Source of the DNA: Stramenopiles sp. TOSAG23-2
Lineage: Eukaryota
Length of the DNA stretch: 34,809 bases
Assembly: GCA_900128395.1 (NCBI GenBank)
Contig: LT649346.1
Coordinates: 1 to 34,809 of the forward strand
Reading direction: 5' to 3'
Shown: positions 10,156-19,569 of the stretch, in pieces
How positions within the stretch are numbered: the first letter of the stretch is position 1
How the letters are laid out: each line of letters starts with the position of its first letter
Translations under genes and position numbers: made by a program
The notes under the pieces: generated by a model
Told to the model about the DNA's origin: nothing
The model's database searches: none
What the model saw: only the letters and a program-made list of their open reading frames with translations

Positions 10156-10937
10156 TTATTCCAACTCTTCATCTGAATCGTTTTCTTGAAATGAAATACA
10201 ACGTGAAATTTTTGCAATTTTGTTTTTATCAATCATTGGTTTTTGTTGTCGTCTTTCGTGTTGTACATTTGTTGGTGGACTGCCGGCTGTACCATTTACT
10301 AACGATTGAACAGAAGTTGGAGAAGAAGGTTTTTTGCCTGTTTTTTCTTCATGGACATATTTTTTAGGGCTTGGTGGACGACGGCGACTTAATGTTTTTT
10401 GGGAAGCACGTTTCCATAATTGTTTGCCTATTGATGATCTACGTCTTGTACGTTGCATAGTTCTTATTTGCTCTTCTGTCATACAAATTCTACCTGTACT
10501 ACGTCTTCTTTGATTGATCATTCTTTTCAATTGATCTTTTGATAAAATATCTGACATTTCCGCTTTGTCTGGACAAAATTTTTTAAATTTCAATTCCAGG
10601 TTAGTTTCTGATATCTCACGTTTCATTTCAATTTCATATGGATCAACATATGGCTTCGGTGGTGGTTTATGAACGATTTGTACATTCATACGTATGTTTA
10701 TACCAACACCAAAGCAAGACCATAACTATTTATTGTGCCCGTATTTATATGTAATAATTGTATATTTGTTAGTATGAAAAGTATGTATATGACACGTTGA
10801 AGTTGTGATTTTACATCATCATTTTACATGTGTTAATTCATTAATTTACTTACAGTAAGACCTTGCCTTCTTTTTGGCTTTTCATTGTTGCTTTTTGCTG
10901 AATTGTTTTCTTTCGATTTTGAATCGTAGACGTTCAT
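10156..10937 (-). CDS. Basic, low-complexity protein of unknown function; exons 10937-10854 and 10725-10156 (about 217 aa)
   Basis: ATG at 10937 opens 28 codons, followed by a GTAAGT donor (10853) and an AATAG acceptor (10726). The splice is in frame with the 177-aa ORF. No family recognised. Confidence 0.7.
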
Positions 10938-11841
10938 GGTGTGATATTATTACTTTCCCGTTATGAAATTAAATAATTAATTGGTGTGTAATATAATTTC
11001 TTCGACTTTTGCTATGTATATATATAGGTGATGTGTGTCTATGTTTCTATATATTTTGTTTTATGCTTGATAATACTATACTATACTTCAGTATTGCTTT
11101 TCGAAATATATTTTACCGTATTGGAAAAAAATTAAGATACAAATAGCATTGGATTTCATTTTTTGTCATCATCTAGAACCGGAATTTACAGCAACTACAC
11201 GTAATTTTGCGTCGTCTATTTCTGGGCAAAAACATACTAATACTGGTTTGTATTTACCTGCCCCGCGGGCCTGCTAAAATACACTACATAGCATTGTAAT
11301 GGTGACTATTAATGCTATTACGTGGTACATACATGACATACATGGTATAGCATGCAATAGAGACATGTGTACCATATTATAATTATGAATAGTAGAAATT
11401 TGAAAAAAATTAACATCCATCATCGCAATATACCTTAATTGTAATAATATAATTTTTGGCAAAACGTCTTATCAATGATTGTATTTTTTCCTCGTAGCAA
11501 AAAGAAATCTAAAAAAAGCTTTTCTATTTTCCCATAGTGTATAACGTAATAATATTATACCTTATAGTGAAGAAAATATTTTGCCTGAGGTGAATAGATG
11601 TCAAAAAAAGTAAAAAGGGGGGGGCGGTATGTCATGTGATCAGATACCATGCAAATATCATCTGAAAACAAATATACAAAATGCAAAAGATAGATCGTAC
11701 ATCTATCAATTAGATAGATATATATATATCGTTAAAGTGTATTTGTTGTATCATATATATAAACTTAGATTATCATCATTAGTAGATTCGTTGTATTTAT
11801 TAGAATAAAAAAGAATATTAGCTCGCACAGGTGATAATGAA

Positions 11842-12381
11842 ATGGTCGACGTCGCACAAAAACAAAGTGATGAAGATATCGAAGAAGCATTGGAAACTAT
11901 GGAGGAAAATGAAAAAGATGAAATATTAGAGTTAGTGGGGGAAGCAAAATTAAAGAAACCACAACCGATGGATGCAGTAGTACAATATTGCACTAGTAAA
12001 TGTAAAGAGGAAAAAAATTGGAAACAATTGAAGGCATATCCAGTACAAGTGACATTTAACACTGCACCTGCATATGATGGTCCATCATCTAAATGTAGAA
12101 ATATAAAACCAATTGGTAAAAATGATTGGGTTGCAGTAGATATTTCTGAATGGATGAGAGAATGGGTTACCAATCCAAAATCAAATTTTGGTGTTATGTT
12201 TTTCCCACCTGGAAGCGATAACATTGGTTTTGTTTCTCAATTAGATCCAGATGCAAATGAACGCCCAAGACTTAGTTTGTCATGCCATGGTGATAGGGTA
12301 GATTATGACCATGTATTTAAAGAAAAGAAAGGTAGTTTGAGGCGTGTTGCTCCTGTTCATTTGCATAATAAGCATAAATAA
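11842..12381 (+). CDS. Protein (possibly 5'-incomplete) with a C-terminal DNRLRE/CBM96-like beta-sandwich segment
   Basis: WVAVDISEWMREWVTNPKSNFGVMF...FVSQL....ERPRLSL resembles the second half of DNRLRE-type domains. In-frame stop at 11806. Possible acceptor AGs at 11820-21 and 11829-30. Confidence 0.55.
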   Translation: MVDVAQKQSDEDIEEALETMEENEKDEILELVGEAKLKKPQPMDAVVQYCTSKCKEEKNWKQLKAYPVQVTFNTAPAYDGPSSKCRNIKPIGKNDWVAVDISEWMREWVTNPKSNFGVMFFPPGSDNIGFVSQLDPDANERPRLSLSCHGDRVDYDHVFKEKKGSLRRVAPVHLHNKHK

Positions 12382-12779
12382 GGAGAGAGTACGAAAAATG
12401 TTTATATTTAAATATAAATGATATAATGTGTTTAAAATATCTACAAGTTATAATAAAAATAAAATAAAGCAAATGGTACGCGTACATATTTTATTTTAAT
12501 TTTTTATTCCTACTTCGTACTCAATTCCAACTCCTCTCAAAAGAAACAAATGTTGCAAAATATATAAAAAAATAGCATTTTATTTTATTTATGAATTCAG
12601 AATAATAAATAGTCTTATAAACACCAAAGAGTTTAGTTTTTAAAAAATGAATTAATTACTAATATTACTCGTATATATATATATATACATATGCAAAACT
12701 GGAAAATATTGTCTCTTATATAAAAATTTAAAACACGGAGAACCCTCCTTTATATTATATATATATTTGTGTATTTGTG

Positions 12780-13181
12780 TCAAGCACTATCAATATTCAT
12801 TTTCATGCTACTACTATAATTACCATTGTCATTATTATCATTATTATCATTATTATTATTATTTTGCATAATATTTCCTAATTCTGCATTTAATTTTAAA
12901 TCTTGTACCATACCTAATAGTGCGTCTGTTGCTGTGCTTATTTCCTTTGTAGCAACTTTTAAACTTAACTCATCCAAAGTTGCCCTTTCTGCATCCCCAA
13001 TTTTTGATAACTCTAAAATACGTCTATAATTATTAATAACTTTTTTTACATTAGCATCGACATCTTGGTCAAATTCATCATATGCTTGTTTCATTGCATT
13101 TTCTTTAATTTTTTGTTTCTTTTTCTCTTCCAGTAAACGTAGGTTCGTCCGCCCTTTTTCCGTCAATCGTTCCAATGCCAT
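12780..13181 (-). CDS. MED22: Mediator complex subunit 22-like protein
   Basis: Likely start MALERL at 13181. VDANVKKVINNYRRILELSKI...LKVATKEISTATDALLGMVQDLK fits the Med22/Surf5 helical pattern (..NF..II..AK...RA..IV.A.ESLL.LV.DLK). Confidence 0.72.
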   Translation of the reverse strand: MALERLTEKGRTNLRLLEEKKKQKIKENAMKQAYDEFDQDVDANVKKVINNYRRILELSKIGDAERATLDELSLKVATKEISTATDALLGMVQDLKLNAELGNIMQNNNNNDNNDNNDNGNYSSSMKMNIDSA

Positions 13182-13481
13182 AATGATCCAATAAATTATC
13201 CGTTTCCAACTAAACCTTGGATTAACAACTATTTGATATTTTATGTGCATATAATTGTTATTCCTTTATTCTATTTATACGTAGTTAAATAGGTCAAGCA
13301 CGTTGCTCAAACAAAAAATCCACACAAATAATAATCGATTATTAATTTTTATAAAAATTTCCCCTCCCTTCTCTACTTCCTTTTAAGTATAAATTATTGA
13401 TAATATCAATGTCATTTGATAGGCGGGTTTATCATAAATCCAAAAAATAAAATAAATAATTAGAGACATTAGTCTAAATGT

Positions 13482-13659
13482 CCCTCTAGTATGGAAATAG
13501 CATTACTATGATGGAAATACCATTACATGGACGATTTCAAGAGGATTTTGAATTTCACTCAAAACAACAAACACGCACAATGAAAAATTTAAAAGCCTTC
13601 CTGAAATCGTCCATGTAATGGTATTTCCATCCTAGTAATGCTATTTCCATGCTAGAGGG
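13482..13659. mobile_element. MITE-like/foldback element of about 178 bp with about 70-bp inverted arms
   Basis: Left arm CCCTCTAGTATGGAAATAGCATTACTATGATGGAAATACCATTACATGGACGATTTCA.. is the near-perfect reverse complement of ..TGAAATCGTCCATGTAATGGTATTTCCATCCTAGTAATGCTATTTCCATGCTAGAGGG. No clear TSD. Confidence 0.75.
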
Positions 13660-13922
13660 CTGGAAAAAAAAAGTTGAAAAAAAAAAAAAAAAAAATTTGC
13701 CATTTCTCCTCTCTGTGGTAATGTCGACAAAACTCTAATAATGCTAATCTCATCATTAAAATCATCACGCACATCATCTTCTATTTAAACTACTAATATA
13801 CCCGGTTACAAAAAACGGTTTGTTTTGTATATATCGATCTTCGTGTATATATATTTATATATATATATATATATATTATATATATTATAATCAGGGAAAG
13901 ATCAACTAGATAAGACGACGAG

Positions 13923-14834
13923 ATGCAAGTAGCGCAGGCAGTTCCACAACCAATGATGATGCAGGTGCAAATCCCGCAAGGTGCTGCACCAGGATCATTG
14001 ATGCACGTCCAAACACCACAAGGTATGATGATACAAGTCCAAGTACCACAAGGTGCTCTTCCAGGTATGGTGATACAAGTTCCAATACAAATACAAAAAC
14101 AACAACAAGCACGAATGCAACAAGCACCGATGCAAATGCAAATGCAACGGACGCAAGGTGATGCATTCAATTGCGCGGAGGCAATTGTGATAAAACAAGA
14201 ATTTAATATGGTGGAAATCTGTGGTGTGGAAGGAAAAAATTATTATCGTGTACATCAAAGTTTAATAGCTCCAGAGTATAGGAAGCCAGATGGACAACAA
14301 TTATTATTTGTTCGTGAACAGTCAGAATGTTGTGAAAGAATTTTTTGTGGTCCATCGCGTTCTTTAACATTATTTGCGCATGCTGGGTATGATAAGGGTT
14401 CTCCGGTGTACATACAAATGCACAAACCATTTCATTTACAGGGTAATCTACCATGTTGTAGACCCGAAATGCAAGTTAGTGATGGTTCTGGAAGACCTAT
14501 TGGTCGTGTTGATGATCCATGTGCGTTATGTGTAATGGATCAAACGATTAAGGATGCTAATGGACAATTTCGATATGGTGTTAAAGGTACTATATGTCAA
14601 ATCGGACTTTGTTGCCCTTGTTTTGGCGATGTCGTGTTTGATGTAACAAATCAAGGTGGGGAACATGTCGGTGAAATACGGAAAATGTTTGATGGTTGTG
14701 AAGAATTATGTTTAGGTACTAATAAGTTTAAAGTGATCTTTCCTAACAATGTAACAGTCGAGGATCGTTCGTTAATATTCGCATCTGCTATGTTAGTTGA
14801 TTTACAATATTTTGAAGTCGAAAAGAAAAATTAA
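13923..14834 (+). CDS. Phospholipid scramblase (PLSCR/tubby-like) family protein with a Q/P-rich N-terminus
   Basis: Motifs IKQE....E....E.KN.Y.V, E.SECCER.FCGP.R, CCRPEM.V, G.IRK, F.V.FP......DR.L..A..L.D..YFE. Confidence 0.9.
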   Translation: MQVAQAVPQPMMMQVQIPQGAAPGSLMHVQTPQGMMIQVQVPQGALPGMVIQVPIQIQKQQQARMQQAPMQMQMQRTQGDAFNCAEAIVIKQEFNMVEICGVEGKNYYRVHQSLIAPEYRKPDGQQLLFVREQSECCERIFCGPSRSLTLFAHAGYDKGSPVYIQMHKPFHLQGNLPCCRPEMQVSDGSGRPIGRVDDPCALCVMDQTIKDANGQFRYGVKGTICQIGLCCPCFGDVVFDVTNQGGEHVGEIRKMFDGCEELCLGTNKFKVIFPNNVTVEDRSLIFASAMLVDLQYFEVEKKN

Positions 14835-15568
14835 TGAATAGACAGAGGAGGTATAGATGCAAAAGAGGCTTTCTCTATTAAGCTAATTGCCGTATACTGC
14901 TAATGGAATAAAAATAAAAATATAGATCTAAATAATTCATTTTATAATAAGTTTTTGTTCAAAAAAACAGAAAATAAGTACTTACTTCCCTTTTGAGTAT
15001 ATGTATTATTCTAATTATTGTTTGATAGGGAGATTAATTTCGGATTTCTTTGGCCGTCAATCAATAACGCGTGAGATGAAATTTATAATTCTAGAATAAT
15101 AGGAAATCCCAAACACCAAAAAACATTTAAGAGTGAAATCAATTTTACCATATGATTTTTCAATGGTTGCAATGCTTTAAAATTACCAACATTCCCATTT
15201 TATAATATTAATATCTTGTTTTGTATAATATCCGAACACAATTGTCAATGATCCAAAATAACACTATTCACTATGTACTGAATTACAGTAAATTACGGCT
15301 GTTATATTTTTCAATCTCAGATTACCTAGGATTACTATGGGAATATCATCATGTAGTTTTTGAATAGTTTTTTGATTATTTCATCATTCTTCAGCACATC
15401 ACATCATGCACCAATAATTAAATCAATTAATAATATATAAATTAAGATTGAGATGGAAGAAAGAAGTATATACACATTGATGATAATATATAGATCAAAA
15501 ATATTACACGGTTGGTAGATAGAAAAGTTTTTTGTGATCAAAGATTTACTAACAAACAATTAAACAAA

Positions 15569-17707
15569 ATGACAGATACTACGCGATTGAACTTATTGGA
15601 TCGTTTATTAGAAGTTGCAAAAGATTTTGAAGCAGAACGTTTTCAAGATGAAGTGGAACATAAGAAACAATTACGTGCACAACAACAACATGTAGAAGAT
15701 GTGCAACAAAAATTATTCGAAGCAGAGAGTGAAATTGATGGATTAAAAGCAGAAATTAATCAATTGAAATTGGAACAATCGAAAATGTCCAAGAATGAAG
15801 ATAAAACAAATTTAATACGTGAAATTGTTGCGTTGCGTTTTATTGTTGCTGATTTAAATGCTGCCGCTCAACAACAAGCGGCAACAACAATAACGGCAGA
15901 CAAAACACCTACTACGTTATCCACTGCTACTAAAAATATATTAAAAACATTATGCAATAGCCGCGAGTTTTGCAAAGCGGCGTGTCTTGGAAATAAAGAA
16001 AAATTATTAAAAGCATTACAACCAGATTCATCGTTTCAAAATGTATTTTTTGATATTGTCAACACAGCATTAGTTAAAAGTTGTACTACTTCCTCGTCTG
16101 CTTTATTAAATAATAATAATAATAAAGTTGATAACGAGAATATCAATACCAATACTATTACTAATAATAATACTATGAATACAGTTGAAGATGCAAGTAC
16201 AAAGAAAATATTAGAACAAGGTTCAAAGATGGAAATATTAGATGTATTATTAGGTGCTGGCGCAACCATGGCAGCAAGAGATGAACGTGGTACAAATGAA
16301 ACCATTTTACACGGTGCAGCTGGATCTGGTTCTATTGCAGTAGTTGAAACAATATTAGCACAGGAAGGTGTTGATATCAATGCAGTTGATATTAATAATC
16401 GCACTGCATTGCATTCAGCAGCAGAAAGTTCCAATTCGGTACATACAATGCCAGTAATCAAAGCATTATTAATGGCTGGGTGTGATCCAACGATAAAGAA
16501 CAAAGACAATGAAACTGCGCAAGAAATTATTGAAAAGAAATATAATACAAATGTAACGAATACGAACAATAACAAAAATAGTAAAGAAAAAGGCGATAAT
16601 AAAAAAGACGATGATGATATTGAGGAAGAAGAAGAACATGAAAATTTGAAATTGATTGGACAAAGGTTGAAAAATGCATTAAATATTTTCTCCGATCCTA
16701 CTGTATTGTTTTGGAATTGTTCCGTACGCGCATTTGATGCATATAGTAGTGAAAATTTTAAAATTGCACTTGATGTATATGCAATGGCAATAAAATTAGT
16801 ACAAGAAAATTCTTTGCCTGTATCAAAGGAAGATCAATCGCGTTTATATTACAATCGGGCTAGGGCATCGACACATTTAAATTGTAGAGTAAAAGCTATG
16901 AAAGATTTAGAATCCGCATTAGACTTAGCTCCAAATTATACAAATGCACGTGCCTTATTATCGCAATGCCAATTTGATTTGTATCAATACGATCGTTGTG
17001 TACAAGGATTAAAATTAGTGTTAGATAAAGATCCAAATAATAACAAATGGAATAAATTAATAGTAGAAGCAAGACGTTTGCGCGATGCAAATCATTATGA
17101 AGTGTTAGGAATTGAAAGAAATGCTGATGAGAAAGAAATTAAAAAAGCATATCGAAATGCTAGTAAAAAATGGCATCCTGATAAACATCAAAAAAATGAA
17201 GACAATAAGGCAAGAGCGAATACTATGTTTAAACGTGTAAACGAAGCCAATCAAGTCTTGGGCGATTCATATAAGAAATTATTATATGATGTTGAATTAA
17301 ATAAAAAGTTAGAAAGTGAATTAAATGCAATGGAACAAATGAGGCAACGAGAGGAAGAATATGCTGCTGCAAGAAGAGCCAGTTATAACAATATTAAAGT
17401 TCCACGGCGTCCATCGACATATGGTAATGATTATGATATAAGAAATGAATACAATAAAAATAGGCAACAACAACAACAACATATGAATAAAAATAATCAA
17501 AATCGTACATCTATGGGTGGTGCAAGAGATATGTTCAATGAAGTGTTTTCAAGACGCCATGATGTTGATGTAGATGATGAAGTTATCAATCAATGGCAAA
17601 GAGTCTCCGTCGATACTGCTGGTACATATGGCAGTGCATTAGATAGTGATTATTACGAAGAGCAGACAGATGATGAGGAGGAAGAAGAAGAGCTTTTTGG
17701 GTATTAA
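15569..17707 (+). CDS. Coiled-coil + ankyrin repeats + TPR + DnaJ-domain co-chaperone
   Basis: First ATG at 15569. Ankyrin motifs ETILHGAAGSG and RTALHSAA. TPR motif LYYNRA....AL.LAPNY..A. J-domain HYEVLG...IKKAYR..SKKWHPDK. Confidence 0.88.
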   Translation: MTDTTRLNLLDRLLEVAKDFEAERFQDEVEHKKQLRAQQQHVEDVQQKLFEAESEIDGLKAEINQLKLEQSKMSKNEDKTNLIREIVALRFIVADLNAAAQQQAATTITADKTPTTLSTATKNILKTLCNSREFCKAACLGNKEKLLKALQPDSSFQNVFFDIVNTALVKSCTTSSSALLNNNNNKVDNENINTNTITNNNTMNTVEDASTKKILEQGSKMEILDVLLGAGATMAARDERGTNETILHGAAGSGSIAVVETILAQEGVDINAVDINNRTALHSAAESSNSVHTMPVIKALLMAGCDPTIKNKDNETAQEIIEKKYNTNVTNTNNNKNSKEKGDNKKDDDDIEEEEEHENLKLIGQRLKNALNIFSDPTVLFWNCSVRAFDAYSSENFKIALDVYAMAIKLVQENSLPVSKEDQSRLYYNRARASTHLNCRVKAMKDLESALDLAPNYTNARALLSQCQFDLYQYDRCVQGLKLVLDKDPNNNKWNKLIVEARRLRDANHYEVLGIERNADEKEIKKAYRNASKKWHPDKHQKNEDNKARANTMFKRVNEANQVLGDSYKKLLYDVELNKKLESELNAMEQMRQREEEYAAARRASYNNIKVPRRPSTYGNDYDIRNEYNKNRQQQQQHMNKNNQNRTSMGGARDMFNEVFSRRHDVDVDDEVINQWQRVSVDTAGTYGSALDSDYYEEQTDDEEEEEELFGY

Positions 17708-18056
17708 AAATATAGAGAGAGGAGGAATGTGTGTGTGTGTGTATAAGGTGAGAGGTGAGATTAAATTAATTGTACACCACATCATTCATAATCATATATA
17801 TATATATAATATTTTTTTTTATTTTATTATTTTACTACACACACGCAACACACACCACCGCATCCAGCACACAAGATAATATGATGATACGAAGTAGTAT
17901 TAATATATGATATTTTAATACACACATATATGCCCATCAAGTGATGTATCATATTTACATATATATATCGGATACATAAAATAACAGAGAACATAACCTA
18001 TCACGTCAACAACACAACAACACAACCAAATAACAAGTAATCAATCTCCATTAAAA

Positions 18057-19493
18057 ATGTTGCTAAGGAATTGCGTACGTCGCCATCTAATGCCTTTAAT
18101 TTATCAAAAGGATAGACCAATTCTATATCATAATAGAAATATAAATATTCATAGTTTATATTCCTATTCTTCTTCCTCCAATAAAATTAGATTCTTTAGC
18201 CATCAACCTACCCATCAACAAATTAGATTCTTTAGCCGTCAACCTGAAACAAATTACGCACAAGTTACGCAAAAAGAACTACATAATACAAAAATTGCCT
18301 TGCGTGCGGAAAGGGATAAACAAATTGCAGCTATAAAACGACGACAATATGCTATTATTGCATTTTTGTTAGGTTCTTTGGCATTTGGATATGTTGGGTA
18401 TAATATCATTTTATCTGTGGGTAACGATCGAAAGATGAACAAAAAAAAATCTTACTTTGAGGGGAAAATTAAAAAAGCAGATCAAATGAAAAAAACTAAA
18501 TATAAACTTGAAGATGTTGTTGGTATGTACGATGCAAAAATGGCATTATATGAAGCATTACAGTTGCCGTTGAAGTTACCACATTTATTTGGTGCAAAAG
18601 GACGTAAGTCATGGAGTGGTATATTATTATATGGACCACCTGGAACTGGTAAAAGTATGTTAGCAGAAGCTATTTGTGCGGATATTGGCGATATTAGCTT
18701 TTTATCATGTGCTGCTAGTGATATTAAATCAAAATGGGTTGGTGAAACAGAACGAAATATAAAAGCCATGTTTGATACAGCAAAAAAAAATGCACCATGT
18801 GTTATTTTCTTAGATGAAGTTGATGCTATTGTAACATCAAGAAATGAAGAGGATAGCAACCATAATCGTAGTATGAAAAATGAATTATTAGTACAAATGC
18901 AAGGTATGTCATCAAAATCTGGTGTCATTGTTCTTGCTGCGACAAATATGCCATTTGGATTAGATAGTGCATTTCGTCGTCGTTGCCAAAAAAGAATTTA
19001 TGCGGGGTTACCAGATGTTAAAGAACGTGAACAATTATTAAAAATTCATTTAAAAAATATTTCAAATACATTAACAGAAAAAAATATGAGTAAAATTGCC
19101 CATGCAACGAAGGGGTTTTCTGGTGCAGATATATCGAATTTAGTAAAAACAGCTGCAATGGTTCCAGTGTTAAAATTAGCACGAGCTAAATGTTTTTGTA
19201 AATTTGAATATAAACCAAAAAATATAGAAACATTTAAAAATCAAAAATTAGATTGGAGCAAAATGATTTTTGAATGTGACTGTGATTATACAAAAAGAGA
19301 GTACAATGAACAGTATCTTTTTGAAGAAAAAAATATATTAAAGAATATAGAGGATGAAGTTAGGAATCTTTTGTATCCTAAACCAGTCAGCATGTCATGC
19401 TTTCAAGAAGCATTGGCTGGTACAAAAAAAACAGTTGATCCAAAGACATTATTGCAATTCATGGAATATCGTAAAGAATTTGGTACAAGTTGA
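18057..19493 (+). CDS. Vps4-like AAA+ ATPase with an N-terminal presequence-like region and one TM helix, lacking a MIT domain
   Basis: LPLKLPHLF...W.GILLYGPPGTGKS, SKWVGE, IFLDEVD, KNELLVQMQG, AATN.P..LDSA.RRR. Vps4_C-like end KTVD...L......EFG. TM segment YAIIAFLLGSLAFGYVGYNIIL. Confidence 0.85.
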   Translation: MLLRNCVRRHLMPLIYQKDRPILYHNRNINIHSLYSYSSSSNKIRFFSHQPTHQQIRFFSRQPETNYAQVTQKELHNTKIALRAERDKQIAAIKRRQYAIIAFLLGSLAFGYVGYNIILSVGNDRKMNKKKSYFEGKIKKADQMKKTKYKLEDVVGMYDAKMALYEALQLPLKLPHLFGAKGRKSWSGILLYGPPGTGKSMLAEAICADIGDISFLSCAASDIKSKWVGETERNIKAMFDTAKKNAPCVIFLDEVDAIVTSRNEEDSNHNRSMKNELLVQMQGMSSKSGVIVLAATNMPFGLDSAFRRRCQKRIYAGLPDVKEREQLLKIHLKNISNTLTEKNMSKIAHATKGFSGADISNLVKTAAMVPVLKLARAKCFCKFEYKPKNIETFKNQKLDWSKMIFECDCDYTKREYNEQYLFEEKNILKNIEDEVRNLLYPKPVSMSCFQEALAGTKKTVDPKTLLQFMEYRKEFGTS

Positions 19494-19569
19494 GTCCATG
19501 TACGAACATGTAAAATATATAAAATGTGTTTTACCAAAATAATTTCTTCTAAAATTTATAAAAAAACTT

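Noticed and set aside
11250-11280. U1 snRNA-like start (TATTTACCTG)
   Set aside because: Mismatch to ATACTTACCTG, and no U1 stem-loop or Sm-site motifs follow.
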